IMG/VR virus record: IMGVR_UViG_3300008113_000144
Coordinates: 1-64,000 of that record
DNA from: a virus
Length of the DNA: 64,000 bases
Strand: one strand, 5' to 3'
Within the stretch, counting starts at the first letter, position 1. Each line of letters opens with the position of its first letter. Made by a program: the position numbers and the translations under genes. Positions 37,260-46,564 of the stretch are shown here, piece by piece. Under the pieces are notes generated by a model. It was not told the origin of the DNA and did no database searches. It saw only the letters and a program-made list of their open reading frames with translations.

Positions 37260-37436
37260 TCAGGGGAGCTGGCAGCTGCCAGGGAGGACACTGTTGTAAG
37301 TGTCACAGCGGCGCTCGGTGGCGGTGTTGACTGCCTGGACAGTATCGGCAGCGAACCCGATGGCTGCCCCACCCACGGTGGCGATGGGAGCGTAGAAGGC
37401 AGCACCGAGGGCGAGCAGGGCGATGGTCTTGAGCAT
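37260..37436 (-). CDS. Small membrane or secreted early protein (58 aa)
   Basis: MLKTIALLALGAAFYAPIATVGGAAIGF...RCDTYNSVLPGSCQLP; promoter upstream. Confidence 0.65.
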   Translation of the reverse strand: MLKTIALLALGAAFYAPIATVGGAAIGFAADTVQAVNTATERRCDTYNSVLPGSCQLP

Positions 37437-37503
37437 GGGTGGGGGTGTCGCTGGTGATCAGTATAGCATGGGGGAGGGCACCGCTGTGGGTGCCCGTGGG
37501 TGC

Positions 37504-37758
37504 TCAGGGAGTAGGATCGAAACCGTCGAAGATTTCCTTTACAATGTCTTCGTGTGTTTGCTGGTTGAGTATACCAGAGACGGCGATCTCTTCTGCCCAT
37601 TCCCAATCCTCAGTGCCACCAGTGAGTACATCAAGGGGGAAGATGTGGGGGTGGATTGTGTTGAGAAGATCCTCGATCTTACCCAGCTCAGTGTAGAGAT
37701 CGGTGGGGATCTCCCATGCTTCGTCGATCTGAACCGTGTCGGTGAAAGCGTAGCTCAT
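37504..37758 (-). CDS. Acidic early hypothetical protein
   Basis: Start MSYAFTDTVQ downstream of a TATACT promoter. Confidence 0.75.
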   Translation of the reverse strand: MSYAFTDTVQIDEAWEIPTDLYTELGKIEDLLNTIHPHIFPLDVLTGGTEDWEWAEEIAVSGILNQQTHEDIVKEIFDGFDPTP

Positions 37759-37770
37759 GGGGTGTCTGTG

Positions 37771-37800
37771 GTTGACTTGATCAGTATAGGGGGCAGGTGG
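37771..37800. repeat. 30-bp direct repeat copy 1 (early promoter -10/leader)
   Basis: GTTGACTTGATCAGTATAGGGGGCAGGTGG, identical to 38571-38600. Confidence 0.9.
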
Positions 37801-37829
37801 GGGCATTGCTGCCCCCTGGTGGACAGTGC

Positions 37830-38558
37830 TCAGGCTGTCACAGCTTCACGAACTGTAACCTTCTGGATCTTACGGTTTGCCCTGGAAGCTTTGCCCCATT
37901 CGCTACCCTTAGGCTGTGTACCGTGTACCAGGAGAGCGAACGGACCATCCTCAAAACAGGAGCGATCCTTTACATCAACCTTGAAACCTGCTGCCTTAGC
38001 ATGTGCTTCGGTCATGAACACTTTACTATAGCGAGGGAACACACCTTCGTCGATGAGATAATCGAACTTGCCACCATAGCTAGCGGTGAAGTAGAAATTA
38101 TCGGGAAGGTTGAGACCAACAAACAGCGGCAGATTCTTGCTGTAGCAGTAGAACTTGATCGTAGGATTGTGGCGAGCAACCAACAACCAAGCGAGCAAAT
38201 ACTCTGCTGTGAAGAAGTCACCAGACTCGTGGATTCTCACTTTAGTGATAGATTTAGTGAGATTCTTCTGGAGTTCTTTGTTGATGAGATCAGCACAGTT
38301 ACCCTCTTTGAGAGCTTCACGGATCGCCTGAAGGTTACGCTGTCTTGCTTCGTATACTTTCGTATACTGTACTTCACTGCTAGCAGCAAAGCAGCGAAAC
38401 TCAGTCTGAGGACCATCCCAAATCTTGCGTTTGCCGTTAGAATCAATCCGAACCATTGAGAGACACTGACTAGCACCAGGGCAGGTTGTACCTGCTGGCA
38501 GGTTGAAGATCAGGGTCTGTTTGTCGAGCTTGTCGTTGCCTTTGGAGAAGCTGAGCAT
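37830..38558 (-). CDS. GP88-family (radical-SAM-like Fe-S) protein
   Basis: SKGNDKL...FNLPAGTTCPGASQC...CFA...RIHESGDFF...YCYSK. Confidence 0.75.
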   Translation of the reverse strand: MLSFSKGNDKLDKQTLIFNLPAGTTCPGASQCLSMVRIDSNGKRKIWDGPQTEFRCFAASSEVQYTKVYEARQRNLQAIREALKEGNCADLINKELQKNLTKSITKVRIHESGDFFTAEYLLAWLLVARHNPTIKFYCYSKNLPLFVGLNLPDNFYFTASYGGKFDYLIDEGVFPRYSKVFMTEAHAKAAGFKVDVKDRSCFEDGPFALLVHGTQPKGSEWGKASRANRKIQKVTVREAVTA

Positions 38559-38570
38559 GGCTCTGTCGTT

Positions 38571-38600
38571 GTTGACTTGATCAGTATAGGGGGCAGGTGG
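38571..38600. repeat. 30-bp direct repeat copy 2
   Basis: Identical to 37771-37800, 800 bp away. Confidence 0.9.
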
Positions 38601-38645
38601 TGCCCCCTGGTGGTGCTAGTGGACAGTGCCTGAAGTGGCACAGGG

Positions 38646-38840
38646 TCAGAAGTCTACAGCCCAGTCTGGGTCATTCTTTACAGCAACCCAGAAAAAGTTC
38701 TTGCCATTGCTAGAGCGAAGAAACACACGGTTTTCTTTGATCTGCTCAACAATACACTCTGGGTTGCTGTTCATGAGGTTAGCGAATCTGTTCTTCGCTT
38801 TGTTAGACTTAGGAGTGACAAAAGCGAGGTCAAACATCAC
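38646..38840 (-). CDS. Conserved cyanophage hypothetical protein
   Basis: VTPKSNKAKNRFANLM...FFWV...DPDW. Confidence 0.75.
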   Translation of the reverse strand: MMFDLAFVTPKSNKAKNRFANLMNSNPECIVEQIKENRVFLRSSNGKNFFWVAVKNDPDWAVDF

Positions 38841-39016
38841 AAAACGTAGATACCGTGGGTGTTAAACAGTGTGGGTTGATTCTGTTGCCAACCCGTCATC
38901 ATCTGCTGGAGTTGCTGTTCAGAATAGCGATTGAGGAAAGTATACTCAAACGTGGGTTGGCTATTCTGAACACGAAGCATGTTCTGGATTGAGTTAATCA
39001 AACGTGAACGAAGCAT
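38837..39016 (-). CDS. Early hypothetical protein (59 aa)
   Basis: MLRSRLINSIQNMLRVQNSQ...; stop overlaps the next start. Confidence 0.6.
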   Translation of the reverse strand: MLRSRLINSIQNMLRVQNSQPTFEYTFLNRYSEQQLQQMMTGWQQNQPTLFNTHGIYVL

Positions 39017-39051
39017 TGTGTTTGTTTGAACTGATGTCAGTATGGCATCAC

Positions 39052-39411
39052 TCAGGCACGCTTGGGGGTGTTAGTGGACAGTTCAGAAAGTGTCACATCA
39101 CATACCCAATAGTACAGCTTCTCTGTGCTAACACTAAGGAACAGCAGAAACTGTTTGGTATACTTTAGGAGGGTTTCTCGCCCACCATTGTTATACCAAT
39201 CGCTGACACGGTTAGCAACCCAAACCGTGACGCCAACGATAACACCAGCGATCGTGGCGATGGTATAAAGAATCTGTTGGATGGTCTCGTTGTTAGCAAC
39301 CTCATCCATCAGTTCATTATACTTTTCGATGATGGGGTTGTTGAAAAGAATGGTGGCGTTCATTGTTGTAGAGAATTGAACAGCAATGGTCGATCTCTCA
39401 ACCACGAACAC
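39052..39411 (-). CDS. Membrane hypothetical protein
   Basis: Hydrophobic helix ILYTIATIAGVIVGVTVWV; true start probably MNATIL at 39363. Confidence 0.7.
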   Translation of the reverse strand: MFVVERSTIAVQFSTTMNATILFNNPIIEKYNELMDEVANNETIQQILYTIATIAGVIVGVTVWVANRVSDWYNNGGRETLLKYTKQFLLFLSVSTEKLYYWVCDVTLSELSTNTPKRA

Positions 39412-39570
39412 ACCATAGCACCCCCAGCACCCCAGGTCAAGCGGTAGTGGACACTAGCCAAACTGGCACACACCCCCTTGACAAACAATAAAATACCCCC
39501 TAGATTACATCTAGAGGGTTATATGTTAACAAATTACGATTTGTTTGACATATAATCTATATGTGTTAAC

Positions 39571-39699
39571 TTATTCTTGTGTAGTATAGTCTATATCTAC
39601 TACTATACTATAGTCATCATACTCTAATTCTTTATTCTTTATATCTTCTTCTTTCATTTCTTGAATAATATATTCTTCAAATGTTATTGTATTAGCCAT
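39571..39699 (-). CDS. Small acidic protein (42 aa)
   Basis: MANTITFEEYIIQEMKEEDIKNKELEYDDYSIVVDIDYTTQE in an AT-rich island. Confidence 0.55.
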   Translation of the reverse strand: MANTITFEEYIIQEMKEEDIKNKELEYDDYSIVVDIDYTTQE

Positions 39700-39735
39700 A
39701 AGAATAAAGATTAAAGTTTAATTATTATAGTTTAT

Positions 39736-39777
39736 AAAAAGTGAGAAATCCTATTTTTTAAGATTTCTCACTTTTTT
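39736..39777. terminator. Bidirectional hairpin / terminator
   Basis: AAAAAGTGAGAAATC-N11-GATTTCTCACTTTTT, 15-bp inverted repeat. Confidence 0.65.
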
Positions 39778-39783
39778 AGATTT

Positions 39784-39957
39784 TTAACTTTCTAGCAATT
39801 CAGGATAATGATCAGCCACCTCAGTCATCAATTCCTCTTCAGTGTAATCATTGAAGCATTGAACTAGCATGTCATAAGCATACATTTCCAGCGTCTTCAT
39901 GTCCATGTTCTCTAGGACTTGCTGGGCGTAGGCATCAATCAGTTCAGCTTTGTTCAT
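39784..39957 (-). CDS. Hypothetical protein
   Basis: MNKAELIDAYAQQVLENMDMKTL...YPELLES. Confidence 0.7.
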   Translation of the reverse strand: MNKAELIDAYAQQVLENMDMKTLEMYAYDMLVQCFNDYTEEELMTEVADHYPELLES

Positions 39958-40214
39958 GACAGTTGTGGTGGTGGATTCAAACATCATAGCACAGGTAGGA
40001 TGCCATCTCATCCTCGTAAGAGTCAACCTCATCATCAGTCAACCAAGGCATGGTCAACACAAAATTGAAGTGGTCAACCATCCAAGCATTGAGTGTCATG
40101 TGTTCATCATGACGGCTGATAATGTTGGTGTTGAAGTAATCCATGTGGATTTCTCAGGAACAAATTAAGAATAACATGGGTGGGGGCTGGTGTCAAGCCC
40201 CCTGTGACACTTAA

Positions 40215-40394
40215 TCAGATGGCACTGGTGCCCTTGCTCACCCACAGGGCAAGCCTCATGGTGCTAGCCTTGCTCACCTGCTCCTTAGTACGACCAGCTG
40301 CCATGGCGGCAGTCCGAAGGGCAGGGCGACCAGTATCAGTCTGGCTGGCGGTCAGCACGTTACGGGCGGCTTGGAGCAGTTGCTGTTGGGTCAT
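40215..40394 (-). CDS. Early hypothetical protein (paralog of 36663-36959)
   Basis: QTDTGRPALRTAAMAAGR...SKASTMRLALW. Confidence 0.7.
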   Translation of the reverse strand: MTQQQLLQAARNVLTASQTDTGRPALRTAAMAAGRTKEQVSKASTMRLALWVSKGTSAI

Positions 40395-40545
40395 GATCCT
40401 CAGGGATAGTGTTTGCTCGGGGTGTTCCCCCGATGAACATAGTATGGCACCCACCAGAGCCCCCTACAAGCCCCTCTGTGCCACTTCTGAAACTGTCTAG
40501 GTGTCACACCACCAGGCACATGATCCTGTACGTTTACAAGGTAAT

Positions 40546-40568
40546 AAAAAAGGGGGCTCAATGCCCCC
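40546..40568 (-). terminator. Intrinsic terminator
   Basis: GGGGGCATTGAGCCCCC followed by T6. Confidence 0.8.
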
Positions 40569-40576
40569 CAATATTA

Positions 40577-40744
40577 CTATTCCCAATCACCATACTCATC
40601 GTAGTCTTTGAATTTAGCTTGTCGTTTTTGACGAGTTGAATATCGTTTGGCATTCTGGACTTCGTATCCATAATCCTCATATTCGTCTTCAAAGATATCC
40701 ACAGTGTTGAAAGACTCTGTGTACTTACGATTGTTTTTTGCCAT
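40577..40744 (-). CDS. Small hypothetical protein (55 aa)
   Basis: MAKNNRKYTESF...EYGDWE; AAGGAG RBS; CTAAATA at 40785-40791. Confidence 0.7.
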   Translation of the reverse strand: MAKNNRKYTESFNTVDIFEDEYEDYGYEVQNAKRYSTRQKRQAKFKDYDEYGDWE

Positions 40745-40794
40745 TTTCTAACAGTTTTTGCTCCTTATTAGGGGTAATTGTTGTTATTTAGTGT

Positions 40795-41019
40795 TCAAAC
40801 GGCGACAATTTGAAGGGTTTGATCCTCTTTGATCGCCCGATTGATGAATCGACCCACCGATTGGTTGGATTCAATCACTTTCTCCAGCGAATTTACGAAA
40901 TTAGCGTCATTCGTGGTGTAGTTATAGGTTTTGTTGCTGCCCTTAAAGGTAATAGCAACGGCAGTGCCTTCCACGTTGATGTCGCTAATGGCGGTCGAAT
41001 CAAGATTTACAAAGTTCAT
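40795..41019 (-). CDS. KTSC-like domain protein (copy 2)
   Basis: STAISDI...VAITFKGSNKTYNY...SVGRFINRAIK. Confidence 0.65.
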   Translation of the reverse strand: MNFVNLDSTAISDINVEGTAVAITFKGSNKTYNYTTNDANFVNSLEKVIESNQSVGRFINRAIKEDQTLQIVAV

Positions 41020-41426
41020 GGTTTTACTGATAATGATTAAAATTTAATTCTGAGATTTTTGAAAAATCTAGATTTCTCATTTTTTGAGATTTCTAGATTT
41101 TTGAGATTTTTGGAAATCCCTCAAATCTCATGTACACAGTATAGGGCATCCTGCCAGTCTTGTCAAGGGGTCTGTGCCAGTCCCTGAACTGTCCTCGGAA
41201 GGTCTCGGAGCCCCTTGGATAGTCTTAGAGGTAGACTCATGATTTTGTCAAGCCCCTGTGTGCCACTTTGAGATCTGGCACATTTCGACTTGACTTTCGG
41301 GTGCTGGCAGGCTTAGACAACAACACCTCCGTACATTTCTATGCTTTCAGCAACATTTAACGAAACCTTTTGTCAGAGAATCAAAACACTCAACTATGTT
41401 TTTTTAAACATTTATTAATATACCAG

Positions 41427-41460
41427 TTTTCCACAGCTTTTTCCACAACCCTGTGGAAAA
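41427..41460. promoter_or_regulatory. Cluster of three cyanobacterial-type DnaA boxes (TTTTCCACA)
   Basis: 41427-41435 (+), 41439-41447 (+), 41452-41460 (-); non-coding; AT-rich tract adjacent at ~41398-41421. Confidence 0.55.
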
Positions 41461-41524
41461 CTCAAAGGTATCGTTGAGAACATCCTAGTCATAGACTACA
41501 TTCTCTCAATGCGGAACTTCTTCC

Positions 41525-41728
41525 TCATTTCCTAAAACTCCTATGGATTTTAGCAAAGTCTATTCGTTTAGCAATCATCATATCCATATGATTTAATACA
41601 TCACCTATCAGTTCAGTCATACCAGAGATAGCATAGAATACATGCTTTAGTATAGGGATGATTAACAATGGTGTACATGGAATGAAGATAAGAAAACAAA
41701 TAATTCTTCCTTTCAATGTATACTTCAT
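41525..41728 (-). CDS. Small membrane protein
   Basis: Hydrophobic N-terminal segment. Confidence 0.6.
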   Translation of the reverse strand: MKYTLKGRIICFLIFIPCTPLLIIPILKHVFYAISGMTELIGDVLNHMDMMIAKRIDFAKIHRSFRK

Positions 41729-41976
41729 TTGTTTACCATACGAATAGCATCATCAATCATTTCATATGCTTGTTCATTAAGATAATCATATGATTCAATT
41801 TGATCTAAAACTTTAGTTACAGTATCAATAGGTAGATACTGTTCTTCAAATGTTTCTTGGTCGAAGATTGTTACATCATTCTGTGTGTAGATGAAGGCAG
41901 CCACAGGAGCATCTGGTCCTTGTTCTTTAATCAGTTGTTGGATGGACTCTTGGAGTTGTTGAAGAGTTCGTGCCAT
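41725..41976 (-). CDS. Conserved cyanophage hypothetical protein
   Basis: MARTLQQLQESIQQLIKEQGPDAPVAAFIYT; early promoter upstream. Confidence 0.75.
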   Translation of the reverse strand: MARTLQQLQESIQQLIKEQGPDAPVAAFIYTQNDVTIFDQETFEEQYLPIDTVTKVLDQIESYDYLNEQAYEMIDDAIRMVNK

Positions 41977-42053
41977 GTGGGTTGTTTGAACTGTTGATAG
42001 TATAGTGGCTGCTTGGTGTGGTGTGGTGGTAGTGTGTGACAGTTATTAAAGTG

Positions 42054-42554
42054 TCATACCTTTTGAGTAGAAATCAAATTAATACCATCTACAATATGAT
42101 TATACATGAACTTGGTTTGTTCTATGCTCAAATCAACAATACTAAACTCAACACTATTATTAGTTGTAGAGATATTATACTGACAAGGCTTAGTAACAAA
42201 ATTAGTAATTTTAACTGTTTGTTTTGGTTTAGATTGGATTGTTTTCTCTTTGGTGAAGATCATTGGGAAATGTTGGCGATAATCATCAAAAATGTCCATA
42301 TCCATATGAAGATCAAATTTCTTTTTAACCTTTTCAGATATGGATTCAATATGCTTATTGTTTCTGATATATGGAAAATGATACCTACAGTATTTCGCCA
42401 TTCCCCTCAGTGTATTAATTTGATCTAATGGTTTATTTTTAGTGGTTAATTCATCTAGTGTGTCAGTAATGACATTCATCCACTTAGTATTAAAATCAAC
42501 AATAAATTGTGGATAATTATTTTCAATTTGTATTTGCCAGCGACAGTTGCTCAT
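42054..42554 (-). CDS. Hypothetical protein (AT-rich)
   Basis: 166-aa ORF; stop codon lies in the promoter palindrome. Confidence 0.6.
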   Translation of the reverse strand: MSNCRWQIQIENNYPQFIVDFNTKWMNVITDTLDELTTKNKPLDQINTLRGMAKYCRYHFPYIRNNKHIESISEKVKKKFDLHMDMDIFDDYRQHFPMIFTKEKTIQSKPKQTVKITNFVTKPCQYNISTTNNSVEFSIVDLSIEQTKFMYNHIVDGINLISTQKV

Positions 42555-42590
42555 GATTTTTCAGCCTCATAATTTTGTTTAAGTTTACTT

Positions 42591-43160
42591 TCATTCAGAT
42601 GTACCTATGTTAATATCAAAGACCACAACCCATCGTGGTGTAGGAATAGGTGTAGTCCAATGGAGAATCTTTCCTGGGAAGATCATTACATCACCTTCCT
42701 TACATTGAGTAGAAGAGACAATACCATCAAACAAAGGATAAGTATTCGATGAATTGTTTGTTGGTAGGAATTTTGTTGGGTTAGGCTCTTCAAGATGTAA
42801 GAGATAGATCCCTGTGAAATCTGATTGATAATGCCGATGAGGATTACAGATTTCATGGGGATCATAATAATTCCACCAAATCGTTTTTACATTAGATCTG
42901 ACCAGTTTAACCTTATTCAGGTTAGAATCAAATTCTTTGAGCATCTGGTTAAATGGATCCCAGATAGCATCCCGTACAAACTCTTCATGAAACAATTCAA
43001 AATTCACCAGACCACTCGTAGTAATGCCTGTACCATTGATTTCACCACGATGAGCACGTTCTTTATCCTTTTCCAGTTTAGGAAGAAGAATACGCTTGTG
43101 CTCTTCGTGGTTGGGTACAGTTTGGTAAAAGAAAAACTCTGGTGTGAATGTGTGAATCAT
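42591..43160 (-). CDS. 2OG-Fe(II) oxygenase (TIGR02466-like)
   Basis: WWNYY...PHRH...FTGIYLL...EGDVMIFP..ILH...RWVVVFDI. Confidence 0.85.
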   Translation of the reverse strand: MIHTFTPEFFFYQTVPNHEEHKRILLPKLEKDKERAHRGEINGTGITTSGLVNFELFHEEFVRDAIWDPFNQMLKEFDSNLNKVKLVRSNVKTIWWNYYDPHEICNPHRHYQSDFTGIYLLHLEEPNPTKFLPTNNSSNTYPLFDGIVSSTQCKEGDVMIFPGKILHWTTPIPTPRWVVVFDINIGTSE

Positions 43161-43853
43161 TGTCCTTTCTTTTGTTTGTAGTCTTGTTTCAGTTCATGCT
43201 CATTGTAGTACAAGAACACTTCATCAGGATACTGTCCAATCCATTCGATAAACTCATCGCCAATGGCAATAGCATTATCCATTTGATTCTCTTCCATTAA
43301 ATGTTGGAAGCGATCTTGCATATACAGTAGAATCTGGTCTGATTGCTCAGACACAGACTCATACTCTAGTTCTTGTTGTTTTTGTAAGTCGTGTTCGTTC
43401 ATAGGTTCTCCACGGTGATACGATTTTGTAGATGATCGTAGGAGATGAATTTTTGATTGGATGGGAGAGCGTCAGCTAGTGCTCTGGCGAAGTCATTGGG
43501 GAATCGTCCATGATAACGCCAGAACAGTTCTGTTTCTCTTGTTGATAGGGATTCTTTGGGTACAGGTCTATAGGTTGTTTCTGATAATGGTATCAGTTGG
43601 ATTAGTTCCTGTAAATGATCTGCTACAATATTCATTTGATGTACATGGGGTGAGGGGCGTAAACTTGAAGGAAATCAACACATGCTTTGTAGAGTTGATA
43701 CTGGTCAGGGTTTAGATCCAACCAATCAATCAGATCTTGTGATTCCCAATCAACTGTACCATCTTGATTCATGTCATACATGACGGGAGTACCAGCATCA
43801 TCAATGCTGATAGCATGTTGACCGACAACAAAGTACATGTCTTCGTGTTCCAT
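43157..43853 (-). CDS. Three coupled small hypothetical proteins (43157-43402, 43399-43635, 43632-43853)
   Basis: ATGA overlaps; TTGACA...TACACT promoter at ~43886-43914. Confidence 0.7.
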
Positions 43854-43896
43854 TGTTTCAAAACCTCCAGGGTGTTCAGATGAATAGTGTAGCAGA

Positions 43897-44118
43897 TCAG
43901 TTGGTGAGTGTCAAGGCTTTGGGCAGACCCACCAGGATGAGGAATGTGAGTAGAATCACCACATCCCAACACTTGTTCCGCACCATGTACGGAATCGCCA
44001 AGCCATTGGCTACCATATAAATCCTGGCACCTGTTACAGTGTCATGGTACATGGTAATCCAATAGGCTGTGACGACAAGAATACTTGAGATTATTCTTGC
44101 TTTGACATCAGGTTTCAT
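43897..44118 (-). CDS. Small multi-TM membrane protein (paralog of 50910-51164)
   Basis: Hydrophobic helices; N..AIPY....KCWDVV. Confidence 0.7.
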   Translation of the reverse strand: MKPDVKARIISSILVVTAYWITMYHDTVTGARIYMVANGLAIPYMVRNKCWDVVILLTFLILVGLPKALTLTN

Positions 44119-44837
44119 ACTCTTTGATGATGATATTCTGTTGTGATGGAAACATTTCCTGTCCCGCCATTACAAAATCAACAAATTTCTCTACCACGTC
44201 TAGACAAGTATCATAAGATTTTGACAACATTGGTCCAGAATACCACAGTTGAAGCAGCAAATCATCTTTACAATCAATCCAAATACCAAATCGTTTGATT
44301 TGAGCGTAATACCAATGTGTATTTGGATTACCGAGAATAGATGGACGACGTTGGATTCTCAATTTCATGGTGTTGTTTCCGATGCTTGTGGGGGCTCAGG
44401 AGGGGCAGGAGGTGCTGCTGGCGTGGGTGGCAGCTGAGTTGGCGTTGGTGCCTGTTGTGGGGGCAGCTGGAGGGGTGTAGCGAGCTTTTGTTCCAGCTTC
44501 TCCTCCAGTTGAGTTAATTTCTGCTCAATAGCAGGTGGTTTCTCCTCTGGTTTGTAGTCTGGTTGTTGTTGTGCTAGTTTCCAGCCAGCAGCACCAGCAC
44601 CAAAGATGCTAGCCAGTGCTGCTACAGTTGAAATGGTTGATTGAAACTTACTCATTTGTTGTCAATGATGGCTTTCAGTTCATAGATGGCGTTGCTCACA
44701 GTCGCCTCAAGATAACCATAACAATAGGGATAACCATGCTCATTTTGAATGGCAGGGTTCTTTGTCACTTTAAGAGCATCCTCAAGACCTTCCAGAATGC
44801 TTTCCAGGTGCCAGGTGGTAACTTTGGTGGTGCTCAT
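44108..44837 (-). CDS. Three small hypothetical proteins (44108-44368; 44365-44655, Pro-rich and membrane-anchored; 44652-44837)
   Basis: Overlapping start/stop codons; early promoter at ~44860-44916. Confidence 0.7.
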
Positions 44838-45010
44838 GATGTGATGTGTGAACTGAGATCAGTCTACGCTGATCAGGTCTTCTAGCAAGTCTTCTGGGAC
44901 AGTCTCGTAACTGTCCTCAAGATAAATGTCTTCGGCATTTCGTAGGATATTCTGCCGAACAGTGTAATCATCGTAGTAGTATTCAGTTGTGTCAAAGTCA
45001 GAAAAGTAAG

Positions 45011-45594
45011 TCATGATTCGTGTGAATGATTACCGTTTACAAGTTCAAGTTCGTTTTGTTGATTGGGATAGACTAGCATACAGACATCCCGCCTTGGATC
45101 ATCAGGAAAGTGTCGGACACATACAGTTATATACGACTCACAAGCAAATCGTACATGACCATACATGCCTCTATAATACACTTCTGTTCCTTCTGGCAGC
45201 ATACTCGTACTCGGTGATTGGTTCGTGGTGGACACTGATTGATTCATAGTCAGGGTACATAACAGAAACAATGTATTGAGCCAAGTTATGATTAGCTGCC
45301 ACTACATACACGTCAGCAGTAATTGAGCTTGGTGCTTCTTCGGGGGCATCTTGCCAAGGTAATTCTACCTCAACAAGATATACATGCCCGTGTTTTAAAC
45401 TGTTGTCGAAATCAACGATCAAATCAGACATCATACTCTTTATTCAATTCAGATGTGAGTTCAAAACGTAGTTCATCAATCTCTTCACGAAGAAATTTTA
45501 TTTCTTGTTGTAAATGAATGATTTCGCCTTGTTGGGTTTTGACAAGCTCAGCGTATTCTTTTACGAGAGCTTCTGCCTGTTCTAGACTGGTCAT
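45011..45594 (-). CDS. Small hypothetical proteins (45011-~45202, 45171-45434, coiled-coil 45424-45594)
   Basis: Coupled ORFs; ATAAATA at 45618-45624. Confidence 0.6.
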
Positions 45595-45708
45595 GTTACT
45601 TTTTAGAAGACAAATGGTATTTATTGTAGTCTAAACTACCGAGTTTTTGCTCTTGGAGTAGTGTATATTGCCCAACAACAAGAGCAATCATGGCAATAAT
45701 GATTGGTT

Positions 45709-45918
45709 TCATCCCATACCTCGGGGGAATTGATGGTTACAATCAGGACACAGCCAGTAGGCAATACGATCTTCACCCAATGGCTCAACACCAATCACAC
45801 GAGAATAAAAATACGGAGCTGAATAGTTGTGTCGATACTCTTCGGGGATGGGTTTATCTACCCAGTTTGCCCCACATTCAGGACAGTTCCGCATGTGTGT
45901 GATGTCTTGGTAGTTCAT
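45709..45918 (-). CDS. Zinc-ribbon protein
   Basis: CPEC...CPDC. Confidence 0.75.
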   Translation of the reverse strand: MNYQDITHMRNCPECGANWVDKPIPEEYRHNYSAPYFYSRVIGVEPLGEDRIAYWLCPDCNHQFPRGMG

Positions 45919-46564
45919 TTACATAAACTCCGCCATGTAATAATCAACAGTCACCTCAAGTTCCGCAGCTTTCTCCTCAATGGCAGCCATGAATGCGGAA
46001 TCAATGTCCAGTTGATCGTGTTGCTGTTGTTCAGTCATGTTGGTCAAGTGCTTTCCAAGCATCAAATAGTTTAGCATAGAGTTCGTTTCCGTCAATCTTT
46101 GTGTGATTTTCAAGATGAACTTGGATGTGTTTGTTGAGATACTGGAGAGCCGAGATAAGATAGTTAAGCTCTCCAGAATTGAGACGTACAAAGTCTTCAG
46201 GCATCATAGCCAGCGTGACGGAGCATGGCTCGTCGGCAATCATAGGCTACCAGTTCGTTAGGATACACGCCGAGGCAGTGGCGAGATTCACGATCAATGA
46301 TCTCCCACTTGCTCGTACCGATCCTAGCACGAACGATGAAGGGGTTGTCAATGCCCAGGGGATAGGGCTTCTTGGTGATGGTGGTGCTCATTGGATTTTA
46401 CCCTCGCTAATGTCGTTAATGATGAAACGTAGTTTGTCGATAGTTTCTTGATCAACGTAGTTGTCGATCATCGAGTCTGTATTGTAGCAGTCTACGAGCA
46501 ATTTGGCAGCATCGTAGACGGCAGCAACAGCGTCGTCACGGGAGGTGAATTGAAAACTGCTCAT
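45919..46564 (-). CDS. Four small early proteins (45919-46038, 46031-~46204, 46197-46391, 46388-46564)
   Basis: Coupled ORFs downstream of the promoter at ~46590-46633; includes EEKAAELEVTVDYYMAEFM. Confidence 0.65.

Noticed and set aside
37042-41281. Repeated palindromes as a CRISPR array or integron attC sites
   Set aside because: Copies are degenerate, irregularly spaced and tied to -35/-10 boxes; no cas or integrase gene is in the window
41290-41319. Plus-strand promoter pointing at the DnaA-box cluster
   Set aside because: TTGACT is present but the -10 is poor (TAGACA at 18 bp); too weak to call
35946-41524. tRNA genes in intergenic gaps
   Set aside because: No cloverleaf with a GTTC(G/A)A T-loop and acceptor stem found by eye; tRNAscan-SE would settle it
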